Positions 20,672 through 30,057 of a stretch of 64,000 nucleotides of DNA are shown here, piece after piece. This DNA comes from Dehalococcoidia bacterium (GTDB taxonomy: Bacteria > Chloroflexota > Dehalococcoidia > UBA2979): positions 1,863 through 65,862 of the forward strand of contig JAQWLS010000009.1 in assembly GCA_029247135.1 (NCBI GenBank). Reading direction: 5' to 3'. The position numbers were made by a program, and so were the translations under genes. Positions within the stretch are counted from its first letter, which is position 1. Every line of letters starts with the position of its first letter. Below the pieces are notes generated by a model. It did no database searches. It saw nothing but the letters and a program-made list of their open reading frames with translations, and was not told the DNA's origin.

Positions 20672-20747
20672 TGGTGCGCCGAGAGGGATTCGAACCCCCG
20701 ACTTGCGGTTCCGAAGACCGCCGCTCTGTCCCCTGAGCTACCGGCGC
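20672..20747 (-). tRNA. tRNA-Arg (anticodon UCG)
   Basis: Cloverleaf GCGCCGG...GCGGT-CT-TCG-GA-ACCGC...GGTTCGAATCC...TCGGCGC-A-CCA. Confidence 0.95.
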
Positions 20748-20758
20748 ATTGCTATATC

Positions 20759-20850
20759 TGGCGGAGAGAGAGGGATTCGAACCCTCGAATCAAGTTACCC
20801 CGATTACACGCTTTCCAGGCGAGCCCGTTCAACCACTCCGGCATCTCTCC
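20759..20850 (-). tRNA. tRNA-Ser (anticodon GGA)
   Basis: GGAGAGA acceptor stem, CT-GGA-AA loop, long variable arm, TTCGAAT, G-CCA end. Confidence 0.95.
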
Positions 20851-20893
20851 GTAAGATAAAACTTTAGTCTATCTCCTCGTACTGGTCATTTTC

Positions 20894-20985
20894 TGGCGGA
20901 GAGGATGGGATTCGAACCCATGAAGCGACATTCGCCGCTTACTCGTTTTCGAGACGAGCGCCTTCAACCACTCGGCCACCTCTCC
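20894..20985 (-). tRNA. tRNA-Ser (anticodon CGA)
   Basis: GGAGAGG acceptor stem, CTCGT-CT-CGA-AA-ACGAG, long variable arm, G-CCA end. Confidence 0.95.
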
Positions 20986-21044
20986 ACCAAGAAGTTTATC
21001 TCACCTCTAGACAATAAAAAGCTTTTTGTAAATTTATCAACCGC

Positions 21045-21242
21045 TTATTTGCGTGAATTGTAATCGGAAGCCAAATCTTCAAGGCTATCTGATAATTCGT
21101 CTTCAAAGGCTTGCTGCGCTTCCTTTAATCTCTGGGAGAGTTTAGACAGCTGGACAGATTGATCACCAGCCTGCAAATAGCGCATGATGAAAAAGCCGGA
21201 GCCAACGGCAAGAATAAGAAGCAATAATTTCTTGAGACTCAC
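21045..21242 (-). CDS. Small hypothetical membrane-anchored protein
   Basis: N-terminal TM helix plus coiled-coil-like tail; abuts upstream gene. Confidence 0.6.
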   Translation of the reverse strand: MSLKKLLLLILAVGSGFFIMRYLQAGDQSVQLSKLSQRLKEAQQAFEDELSDSLEDLASDYNSRK

Positions 21243-21581
21243 TTAATCGTCCTCACTTTTTGAACGGCGTATCCCCAAACCAGTCAGAATCGCTGTGGCT
21301 TTTCTGATTCCACGACCGACCGATACGATTCTGATAACCGGATGAACCGCGGAATCAGCAACAAACTCTGTTGCTGCTCTGACATTTTGAACCGATTTAT
21401 GTGCTTCATCTAGGGTTGGCTTGATCGGATCCAGCAACAATGAATTTGTCTGCCTAACTAAAGACCGCACCGCAAACCATAGACCCACCGCCGCAATAAC
21501 CAAAACAAGCATCAATATCAAGCCTAAAAGACCGTAGAGAATAATAACCACATCGCGAATAGTTTCTAGGTCTATGCCCAC
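21243..21581 (-). CDS. Hypothetical membrane protein
   Basis: Long hydrophobic N-terminal helix; GAGGAG RBS before GTG. Confidence 0.7.
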   Translation of the reverse strand: MGIDLETIRDVVIILYGLLGLILMLVLVIAAVGLWFAVRSLVRQTNSLLLDPIKPTLDEAHKSVQNVRAATEFVADSAVHPVIRIVSVGRGIRKATAILTGLGIRRSKSEDD

Positions 21582-21666
21582 TTGGCTTCACTCCTCTTCA
21601 ACTAATCTATCTCACCATCCGAGATACTCTGGGTTCATCATACATAGTTCAGAAATATAATTGGCA

Positions 21667-22734
21667 TTACGGCTCGATAATGCCACCACCGAGCACTTGG
21701 CTTCCATTATACAAAACTAAAATCTGACCTGGCGTAGGTCCCCGAGCCGGGGTATCGAACGAGAACACATTGACGTCCCCAATAGAAGTCAATCTGCCTC
21801 TGATCGGATCCGCATGATACCTAATTCGTGCCTCAAATTGATCACCCATTCCTGGAGGATCACCCACCCAAGAAGCCTGGCTAAACCTCGCAAAATCTTT
21901 GTAAAGATCGTCCTCATTGCCAATTACGACTACATTCCGGACCGGATCAATATCGGTGACGAAGTTTTTTTGCCCTGTTGCAATCCCAAGACCTCGTCTC
22001 TGTCCCACGGTATAACCAGCGACTCCAGTATGAGAGCCAACTGCTTGACCACTCGCGAGTTCGATAACACCCGGGTTCATCTCAACACCACGACTTTCTA
22101 GCACGACCCGGTAATCTCCACCAGGAACAAAACATATATCAACCGAATCGGGTTTATCCGCCACGGACATACCTAGCGAACGAGCTACTTCCCTAACTTG
22201 ATGTTTCTGGAGATTACCTAACGGGAACAAAGTTCTAGCGAGTTGGTCTTGACCAAGCATATACAACACGTAGGTCTGATCTTTCTCTGTGTCTGAGGCG
22301 CGATGCAATTCGTACAGTTGATTTTGATTTTCTCTAATACTTGCATAATGACCTGTAGCTAGATAATCACACTCAAATGCCTTGGCTTTTTCAAACAGGA
22401 CATCAAATTTCACGTATTGATTGCAATTCACGCAGGGATTAGGTGTGCGACCATTTTTATATGACTCGATAAACGGATCTAACACATTCGCTTCAAATTC
22501 CTTCTCCATATTGAGGGTGTAGTGTGGAATTCCGATAGCAGCAGCGGCTGACTTAGCATCACCGATATCCTCAATACCACAACAAGTACGTCCGGATCGA
22601 AGCGCCAATTCATCTGGTTCCGTATAAAGTCGTAATGTGACGCCAATAACGTCGTAACCCTGCTGCACAAGAAGCGCAGCCGCAACCGCGGAATCAACAC
22701 CACCCGACATTGCAACTAAAACGCGCTTACCCAC
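21667..22734 (-). CDS. mnmA: tRNA 2-thiouridine(34) synthase
   Basis: SGGVDS, TPNPCVNCN, ATGHY, KDQTY, YTVGQRRG, TPGQ. Confidence 0.97.
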   Translation of the reverse strand: MGKRVLVAMSGGVDSAVAAALLVQQGYDVIGVTLRLYTEPDELALRSGRTCCGIEDIGDAKSAAAAIGIPHYTLNMEKEFEANVLDPFIESYKNGRTPNPCVNCNQYVKFDVLFEKAKAFECDYLATGHYASIRENQNQLYELHRASDTEKDQTYVLYMLGQDQLARTLFPLGNLQKHQVREVARSLGMSVADKPDSVDICFVPGGDYRVVLESRGVEMNPGVIELASGQAVGSHTGVAGYTVGQRRGLGIATGQKNFVTDIDPVRNVVVIGNEDDLYKDFARFSQASWVGDPPGMGDQFEARIRYHADPIRGRLTSIGDVNVFSFDTPARGPTPGQILVLYNGSQVLGGGIIEP

Positions 22735-22860
22735 TGAAGAATTCCTTTATAACCTTATACTTGATTATGTTCAGTCTACGTCCGAAAATCTTACTCGCCT
22801 AGACTCATGACGCTAAAATTATTTCTATACACCCAAAAGTAGTGAGCTTTTAACAATACT

Positions 22861-23235
22861 ATGACACAAAATAATAAACCTTCCACTTTGCCACCTCCAA
22901 TCGATTTTGCGAGAGAGCTGGTGGACGTACTAACTGATCGACAAGCTGAAGACATCGTCCTGCTAGACATGACCCGACTCCAAGGATTCGCTGATTACTT
23001 CATCATTGCGACAGTAGACAATATTCGACTGGCGGGTGCCGTGGTTGACTCTCTGAGAGCAAGGCTTAAGGAAGCTGAACTTGCAGGTAAACATGAAGGA
23101 AACCCTGAAGACGGATGGCTATTAGTCACCTGTGGTCAAGGAATCGTAGTACATCTATTCTCGCCGGAACGGAGACGATTTTACGATCTGGAGGGCCTTT
23201 GGTCAGAAGCCTCAGAAATTCTTCGCGTCCAATGA
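22861..23235 (+). CDS. rsfS: Ribosome silencing factor
   Basis: AEDIVLLD, ADYFIIAT, VVHLFSPERRRFYDLEGLW. Confidence 0.93.
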   Translation: MTQNNKPSTLPPPIDFARELVDVLTDRQAEDIVLLDMTRLQGFADYFIIATVDNIRLAGAVVDSLRARLKEAELAGKHEGNPEDGWLLVTCGQGIVVHLFSPERRRFYDLEGLWSEASEILRVQ

Positions 23236-23249
23236 ACGCTATTTTCTAG

Positions 23250-23702
23250 CTATTCGAAGACCCAAGAATCGACGTCACGCGACCAACTGATCACATCAGC
23301 ACCAGCTCCAAAGAAAATAGAGATCTCTCGCTCTGCCGATTCCGGTGAATCCGATCCGTGCACCACATTACGCCCAATTTCAAGACCGTAATCCCCTCGG
23401 ATAGTGCCAGGTGTAGCATCAACAGGCTTAGTCCCCCCCATTGTGCTTCTCGCCGCTGACACAGCATCAGTACCTTCAAACACCGCAGCTATGATTGGTG
23501 ACGAAGTAATATAGGCAACTAAGCCCTCAAAAAATGGTTTCCCAACGTGCTCGCCGTAATGATCTTCTGCAAGCTCTCTCGAAACTTGGAGTAACCGTAA
23601 TCCAGCTAAACGCAGACCACGTTTCTCAAATCTCGAAAGAATCTCAAATGATATCCCTCTTTGCATTCCGTCAGGCTTGATTAGAATTAACGTACGTTCC
23701 AT
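23250..23702 (-). CDS. ndk: Nucleoside-diphosphate kinase
   Basis: [26 protein letters not shown]. Confidence 0.98.
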   Translation of the reverse strand: MERTLILIKPDGMQRGISFEILSRFEKRGLRLAGLRLLQVSRELAEDHYGEHVGKPFFEGLVAYITSSPIIAAVFEGTDAVSAARSTMGGTKPVDATPGTIRGDYGLEIGRNVVHGSDSPESAEREISIFFGAGADVISWSRDVDSWVFE

Positions 23703-23768
23703 AACTCTCCCTCAAATATTTTATTTAATCGCAATAAATCCTGTCTAACAGTATCCCTGCCAAGGGTC

Positions 23769-24487
23769 TTACGTGCCGGTTGGCTTAGTTATATGAGGGG
23801 GTCGCACATAGATAGCGTCTACTAGTCCGGCTGCCAAATAAATCGAAGGATCAGATTCAGCACACTTCAATGCCGATAAGGCTCTTACCGTGTCCTCATC
23901 TTCACGAAAAAAGCGGTCCACACTCAATCTCTCAGCTGAGAAAGACTTACTCACTGAGTCCGTCAAATCTCCCGTCAATAATGCCTGCGGTGGAATAATT
24001 TCGGCAATATCACTATGTGCGTTTACCTGCGGTAAGTTCAAGCTAGATATCAATCCGTCCTCATGGTGTTTGAAACTTTGCCAAACAATACCGGTAGAAC
24101 CAGCATCATGGATAACCGTCACCGCATTAGCCGATTGCCTTCGCTCTAGCACATCCCAGCTATCGGCCAATAAGCGGGAAACTGGTGCAATTGGTATATC
24201 CAAACCAAGCCCAATCCCTTGCACTGTTGCTATGCCTACTCGTAGAGCTGCGTATCGGCCTGGACCAGCTACCACAACAAGCCCCGTAATTTGATCTGTA
24301 AGTAAGTTCGACTTATCAAGAAATAAGTCAAGATTCAGTAGTAACTCTTCTGCTACTGACGATTCAATTCGCCATTTTTTGGTCGTAATAACATTATTCC
24401 TATTTGACTGCCACCATCAACTAACAATGCAAGAGAGACCACTGGGGTAGACGTGTCAACTGAAAGAATTACTCGTTTTTTATCCAT
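23769..24487 (-). pseudogene. tsaB: tRNA threonylcarbamoyladenosine biosynthesis protein TsaB, interrupted by a frameshift (possible sequencing error)
   Basis: ATG 24487 gives MDKKRVILSVDTSTPVVSLAL (TsaB N-terminus), then stops after 44 codons. The -1 frame continues ..AEELLLNLDLFL..GLVVVAGPGRYAALRVGIATVQG..IYVRPP. Directly downstream of tsaE. Confidence 0.8.
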
Positions 24488-24956
24488 ATGTTTCTAATCT
24501 CTTAGCCATCTCTCCATATTTTTCACCCAATACTGTCACAGTAATCGAACGCTCGTCATTAATTTCGAGGGTTTTAAAGTCAACAAATATATGCTCCATC
24601 GGTAAAACTTCGATACCGCGTTCAGGCCACTCAATTACCAGAACACCTTCACTCGATTGAGCCACTAAATCAAGATCTTCGACATCAGTAACACTAGTAA
24701 GTCGGTACAAATCCGCATGGTAAAGAGGAATAACACCTTGATGAACAGTCATCAACACAAAAGTTGGACTATTTACTTGTGAGTCAACTTTCAGGGCCTC
24801 ACCAACTCCCTGAGTGAAAGCAGTCTTACCAGCACCTAGATCTCCATTTAAAAGGACCACATCACCTTTTTGAAACAATTTCCCCAACTTTTTCCCAAGT
24901 GAGCGTGTCTGTTTCACACCTTTCGTTTTGAATATAATTTCCCGCTTCGACGTCAT
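24480..24956 (-). CDS. tsaE: tRNA threonylcarbamoyladenosine biosynthesis ATPase TsaE
   Basis: GDLGAGKT, VNSPTF, HADLYRL, IEWPE. Confidence 0.96.
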   Translation of the reverse strand: MTSKREIIFKTKGVKQTRSLGKKLGKLFQKGDVVLLNGDLGAGKTAFTQGVGEALKVDSQVNSPTFVLMTVHQGVIPLYHADLYRLTSVTDVEDLDLVAQSSEGVLVIEWPERGIEVLPMEHIFVDFKTLEINDERSITVTVLGEKYGEMAKRLETYG

Positions 24957-24959
24957 TTA

Positions 24960-25994
24960 CTAATTACCATGATCCCAACCGCGAATCGCTGGACTGTATA
25001 TCTCACCCTGAGAATCAAGTGCTCGGACTGCAGATTCATCAGCTAGTTGCTCAACAACTCGACCTACAACCGTCAACTCTATATCGCTCTCATACTCAAT
25101 ATCTTTTAGAAGTTCTTCACCAAAAATAAGAGCTAATTCATAGTCTTCTCCTCCACCTAATCCCAAATCTAAAGCCTTGGGTCTTCCAAGCAAAGCTATA
25201 GCTGCCGCTTCGAGTGGAATATCATCACAAATAATTTCAATATCTACTTGCGATGCACTCGCTATGTGACCCAAATCTTGCAAAAAACCATCCGAAATGT
25301 CGATAGCACATAGTGCACCAGAAATTAACGCTTTTCTACCTGAGGCAATACGTGCCTCCGGTCGACGGTGCCTTCGCACAAGTATTTCCGAGGACTGGTC
25401 GATTTCGTCAGAGCCCTTAATCAATGAAAGACCAGCTGCCGACGCACCAAGTCGCCCAGTGACAACGACAATGTCACCCAATTTGGCCGAATTCCTCCGC
25501 AATATCCGATTGTCTGAATAGTGTTCAACTTCACCTATTACGGTGATCGAGATCCCATTACTACTACCTTTAACTATATCGCCGCCGGCGACTTTTACTT
25601 CATGAAACAGACAGGCATCACTAATCCCCTTCACGAGACCATCGACGAAGGTAGGTGAAGTAAGTTCAGAGATAGTCAACGAAATTAATAACATTTTAGG
25701 AGTAGCTCCCATAGCAGCGATATCTGAAACCGAGGCCGCGACGGCTCGCCAACCAACATCTGATGATGTCATGGTCGAATCAGGACCCTCAAGCCAATGC
25801 ACCCCAGCCGTCATGGCATCAACACTCGCAACAATTAAATTTCCCGGACTTGATACAGCCCAAACCGCTGCATCATCGCCCGGTGGCACAACAATATCTT
25901 GAGCTGCAGCGACTCCTAATTGATCAATAATTCGACTAATAAGGTTAAACTCTCGAAAAGAAAATGATTCGTCTCGTGCACCTAAACTAACCAT
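24960..25994 (-). CDS. thiL: Thiamine-monophosphate kinase
   Basis: EFNLI, GDDAAV, SDIAAMGA, GGDI, IDISDG, GGEDYEL, GWDH. Confidence 0.95.
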   Translation of the reverse strand: MVSLGARDESFSFREFNLISRIIDQLGVAAAQDIVVPPGDDAAVWAVSSPGNLIVASVDAMTAGVHWLEGPDSTMTSSDVGWRAVAASVSDIAAMGATPKMLLISLTISELTSPTFVDGLVKGISDACLFHEVKVAGGDIVKGSSNGISITVIGEVEHYSDNRILRRNSAKLGDIVVVTGRLGASAAGLSLIKGSDEIDQSSEILVRRHRRPEARIASGRKALISGALCAIDISDGFLQDLGHIASASQVDIEIICDDIPLEAAAIALLGRPKALDLGLGGGEDYELALIFGEELLKDIEYESDIELTVVGRVVEQLADESAVRALDSQGEIYSPAIRGWDHGN

Positions 25995-26049
25995 ATATGC
26001 AACTCACTCAACTTCTAACACGATTGATACACCGAGGAAATCACACAAA

Positions 26050-26775
26050 ATGAACATGAAACCCCGAATACTCATTTCGCGTGCTGAACATATCCCTTCA
26101 GAAAACTGGAACGACTACGCCACATGTGTTACTCAGGCAGGAGGCGTCGCCATTCCATATGATCTAGACACTTATTATACCCAAACTAAACTTCCGGAAT
26201 ACGACGGAATTGTTTTAACTGCAGGAATCGATGTTCAGCCTGGTCGATACGATGAGAAACCACATCCAAAAGTTACGGACTGGGATATAAGACGAGATGA
26301 TTTTGAATCAGCTCTAATTGATGATGCACTGCAAAAGAAAAAAGCACTCCTATGCATTTGCAGGGGCATTCAGCTGCTTAACGTCTGGGGTGGTGGGTCG
26401 CTCTTACAACATCTAACTGACCGTGAGCCCCACCGCGCTCGCAGAAATCCAATAAATCAGGATATTGAAAGTGGTTGGCACGATGTCTCAATAAAAAGTA
26501 ATAGCCTTCTTCATCAAATCACTGGACAAAATATAATTCGGGTCAACTCCAGGCATCATCAAGCCATAACTAAAAATTCGCTGGGCCAGAATATTACGGG
26601 TACTGGACTAACACCCGACGGAATTGTAGAAGCTATCGAAATTGCTAACACACACTGGACTCTTGGAATTCAATGGCATCCAGAACGGCCTGAAATGGCG
26701 GGAAATACAGACTACGACGACGGAGCAAAAAAAATTTGGAATGCCTTCGTTGAGGCGGCAAAGTCAACCAAATAA
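26050..26775 (+). CDS. Gamma-glutamyl-gamma-aminobutyrate hydrolase family (peptidase C26, PuuD-like)
   Basis: ICRGIQLLNV, VNSRHHQA, QWHPE catalytic triad. Confidence 0.9.
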   Translation: MNMKPRILISRAEHIPSENWNDYATCVTQAGGVAIPYDLDTYYTQTKLPEYDGIVLTAGIDVQPGRYDEKPHPKVTDWDIRRDDFESALIDDALQKKKALLCICRGIQLLNVWGGGSLLQHLTDREPHRARRNPINQDIESGWHDVSIKSNSLLHQITGQNIIRVNSRHHQAITKNSLGQNITGTGLTPDGIVEAIEIANTHWTLGIQWHPERPEMAGNTDYDDGAKKIWNAFVEAAKSTK

Positions 26776-27281
26776 TGAAAAACAATGATACGTTCATATA
26801 TTTTGCATACGGTTCAAATCTTGATCCTGAAAGATTGTATTTAAACTGTCCGTCCGCACAATTTCTGTCTGCCGGCAAATTGTATGAATACACCCTAAAT
26901 TTCACAAAAACCAGTGAAATACGATGGAGGGGAGGTGTGGCTGATATCGTGGAAACTCCAAATGCCTCGATGTGGGGGGCAATCTGGCAAATAAATATTT
27001 CCGAGTCAGATGCGCTCGATCGCCAGGAAGGGGTACACGCCAATCCGCAAGGCTATCATCGACTGGATATAACCGTCGAAAGTGCCGACGGCAGAAGTAT
27101 CGAATGCCGAACCTACCAAGTTACCGTGAGGGAAGCCCTCAACATACCGCCCTCACCCGCGTACAAAGAAACTCTCGTGAGAGGTGCAAAATACTGTGAA
27201 CTGCCGGCCGATTATCAGACTTTGATAGCGAATATCAAAGACAACGGGCGAGCTGGTGGTGATCCAAGACTGGAGCCATAA
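26775..27281 (+). CDS. Gamma-glutamylcyclotransferase family protein
   Basis: YFAYGSNL, LDRQEG, PSPAY; TAATG overlap with upstream gene. Confidence 0.9.
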   Translation: MKNNDTFIYFAYGSNLDPERLYLNCPSAQFLSAGKLYEYTLNFTKTSEIRWRGGVADIVETPNASMWGAIWQINISESDALDRQEGVHANPQGYHRLDITVESADGRSIECRTYQVTVREALNIPPSPAYKETLVRGAKYCELPADYQTLIANIKDNGRAGGDPRLEP

Positions 27282-27315
27282 ACCCATACTTTGGCCGACA
27301 ATTAAGGGCTTAATC

Positions 27316-27324
27316 TGCTAAAAT
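27316..27324 (+). promoter_or_regulatory. Candidate extended -10 promoter of gyrA
   Basis: TGcTAAAAT about 37 nt upstream of the start codon. Confidence 0.4.
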
Positions 27325-27361
27325 GGATAGGCATGTGAGCGGTTTAAAAATCTGAGGTCCG

Positions 27362-29953
27362 ATGGTCACAACTACTGATACTAATAGTACCGACGGTACG
27401 GGCGTACGTCCTGTTCAAATAGTCAACGAAATGCGCAGCGCGTACCTGGACTACGCGATGTCCGTCATAGTGGCTCGTGCGCTCCCCGATGCGAGAGACG
27501 GTCTAAAGCCTGTTCAAAGACGCATACTTTTTGCTATGCAGGAGCTGGGTATTAATCCGAATTCCCCTTTTAAAAAGTCTGCGCGAATGGTTGGGGATGT
27601 GATGGGTAAGTACCACCCTCATGGTGACTCAGCTATTTACGAGGCCTTAGTCAGAATGGCTCAGCCCTTTTCTATGCGCTATCCGCTAATTACAGGTCAA
27701 GGAAACTTTGGTTCTGTCGATGGTGATCCACCTGCTGCTATGAGGTATACAGAAGCTCGACTGGCAACTATTTCATCGGAACTTCTTTCAGACCTCGACC
27801 GAAACACTGTGAACATGGTGCCTAACTTCGATGATTCTCTTATGCAACCTGAAGTATTACCTGCGCGACTCCCGAATTTACTCCTGAATGGGGCAAGTGG
27901 AATAGCGGTTGGCATGGCAACAAATATTCCACCGCACAACCTGAATGAGTTAACAGCCGCGATTGACCATCTAATCGCAAACCCCGATGCCACAGTAGAT
28001 AAACTGATGGAACAATTGCCAGGCCCAGACTTTCCAACGGCAGGAACCATCTTTGATCGATCAGAAATAAGACAAGCGTATGCGACTGGGCGTGGCAGAT
28101 TGGTAATGCACGCTCGAATCGCGCTCGAAGAGACAAGCTCTGGCCGATCGCAAATTATTGTGACTGAACTACCGTATCAAGTAAATAAAGCTGCGCTACT
28201 CGAACGAATAGCTGAACAAGTTAGAAGTAAAATAATTGAAGGCATAACAGATCTTCGAGATGAAAGTGATCGGAATGGTATGCGTGTCGTGATAGAGCTG
28301 GGCAGAAATGCCTCTTATCACGCTGTACGAAGTCAGCTCTTGAAACATTCAGCACTGCAGAGTGTCTTCCATGTAAATCTGGTTGCACTAGTTACGACAG
28401 AAGATACCGGACCATTAGAAGTTGAATTCGTTAAAGACGAAGCGACCTTTGATTCAGAGTGGGTTGAAGATACTATCCGAGACGCAAATACAGCTGACGT
28501 CACCGGACGGCCAGAAACGCTCTCACTTCGTGAATCACTTCAGGCATTCATCGACCACAGACGTCAGGTTGTCCAAAGGCGATCCATTTTCGATAGGCAT
28601 AAAGCGCGACAGCGAAGGCATATCTTGGCTGGGCTCCTTAAGGCGATAGAAAATCTCGATGAAATAATAGATGCCATTCGAAGTGCAGAATCAGCTGAGG
28701 TAGCAAAAGCAAGGTTGATGGATTCACCGCACAACCTAACCGATCGACAGGCACAGGCAGTACTCGACCTCCAGCTTCGTCGACTTGCTCAACTCGAATC
28801 CTCAAAAATACTTCAGGAATATGATGAACTGGTCGCATTCATAAATGAACTAAATGACCTGCTAGGGAGTCAGGAAAAAATTGATGATGTATTGAGGGCT
28901 GACAACGCTGAACTTCGGGAGAAATATGGTGACGATAGAAGAACTCAAATTATTGAATCACCAGTTACTGATATTTCTGCGGCTGATTTGATTCCGCATC
29001 AACAAGTAGTGGTCACCATGTCTGAGACCAATTACGTAAAGCGTGTTCCCCTGGAGACATATAGAACACAACATCGTGGAGGCAAGGGAGTCGCCGGACA
29101 GAGGCTACGTGATGAAGATAAAATAAAGCTCTTATTATCCTGCGACACACATGATAGGCTTTTGATTTTTGCGGCTTCAGGGAGAGTTTTTGCGCTTCCG
29201 GCTCATGAAATCAATGATTCTTCCAGAACAGCTCAGGGTGTTCACATTAGAAATCTAGTCGAGTTTGGCGAGGATCACGACGGCGATCAAGTTACGGCGG
29301 TCATTGCCATAAAAGATCAAGATCAATCCACCGAAGATCAGGCTGCTATGATTTTTGCCACTGAAAGAGGTGAAGTTAAACGCACTCTTCGCTCAAGATT
29401 TGATCAGGTTAGACGCAATGGAATTATAGCTATGAATTTAAAGCCTGATGATCGTCTTGTGTCGGTTTCTCCTGCATCAATTGACTCCACTGCAATTCTT
29501 GTATCTAGTGACGGATATGCTGTCAGATTTGAGTTGGAAAAACTCAGAGAAGCTTCGCGTACATCCGGCGGCGTCAAAGGAATTAAATTAAATGATGGTG
29601 CACGCCTAGTAGGCTTAGTCATTGATAGTGAAGGCGACGACATACTAGTCATGTCAAACGAAGGTAAGGGCAAGAGAACGCCAATATCTGATTATCCAGT
29701 GAAAGGAAGAGGAACTCGTGGCGTGCGGACATTTGGATCAACCAACGATGTTGATTTAATAGGGGCAGCAGCAGTGCGAGAGAACGACCAACTCATGATC
29801 ATCACCAAAAATGGCCAAATGCTTCGAACACGTGCTGGAGATGTTCGGCAGTCAAGTCGTGCAACAAAAGGAGTGATGACTCAGAAGCCGACTGACGGTG
29901 ATTCACTAGCTGCGTTTGCAATAGACATTGCCGATCGAGAAGAAGAAAACTAA
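27362..29953 (+). CDS. gyrA: DNA gyrase subunit A
   Basis: [28 protein letters not shown] (active Tyr), GyrA-box QHRGGKG, C-terminal beta-pinwheel repeats. Confidence 0.96.
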   Translation: MVTTTDTNSTDGTGVRPVQIVNEMRSAYLDYAMSVIVARALPDARDGLKPVQRRILFAMQELGINPNSPFKKSARMVGDVMGKYHPHGDSAIYEALVRMAQPFSMRYPLITGQGNFGSVDGDPPAAMRYTEARLATISSELLSDLDRNTVNMVPNFDDSLMQPEVLPARLPNLLLNGASGIAVGMATNIPPHNLNELTAAIDHLIANPDATVDKLMEQLPGPDFPTAGTIFDRSEIRQAYATGRGRLVMHARIALEETSSGRSQIIVTELPYQVNKAALLERIAEQVRSKIIEGITDLRDESDRNGMRVVIELGRNASYHAVRSQLLKHSALQSVFHVNLVALVTTEDTGPLEVEFVKDEATFDSEWVEDTIRDANTADVTGRPETLSLRESLQAFIDHRRQVVQRRSIFDRHKARQRRHILAGLLKAIENLDEIIDAIRSAESAEVAKARLMDSPHNLTDRQAQAVLDLQLRRLAQLESSKILQEYDELVAFINELNDLLGSQEKIDDVLRADNAELREKYGDDRRTQIIESPVTDISAADLIPHQQVVVTMSETNYVKRVPLETYRTQHRGGKGVAGQRLRDEDKIKLLLSCDTHDRLLIFAASGRVFALPAHEINDSSRTAQGVHIRNLVEFGEDHDGDQVTAVIAIKDQDQSTEDQAAMIFATERGEVKRTLRSRFDQVRRNGIIAMNLKPDDRLVSVSPASIDSTAILVSSDGYAVRFELEKLREASRTSGGVKGIKLNDGARLVGLVIDSEGDDILVMSNEGKGKRTPISDYPVKGRGTRGVRTFGSTNDVDLIGAAAVRENDQLMIITKNGQMLRTRAGDVRQSSRATKGVMTQKPTDGDSLAAFAIDIADREEEN

Positions 29954-30030
29954 TGGTCGGGGTGCCCGGATTTGAACCGGGGGCCTCTTCGTCCCGAACG
30001 AAGCACTCTGCCAGGCTGAGCTACACCCCG
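29954..30030 (-). tRNA. tRNA-Pro (anticodon CGG)
   Basis: CGGGGTG acceptor stem, CTTCG-TT-CGG-GA-CGAAG, GGTTCAAATCC, A-CCA. Confidence 0.95.
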
Positions 30031-30057
30031 TAGTCACTGAAGACTATCAGATTGGCA

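Noticed and set aside
20652..20867. 71-aa ORF on the plus strand
   Set aside because: It is the antisense reading of tRNA-Arg and tRNA-Ser.
27362..29953. parC, or an intein in gyrA
   Set aside because: The GyrA-box QHRGGKG is present; the insertion is short and lacks intein terminal residues.
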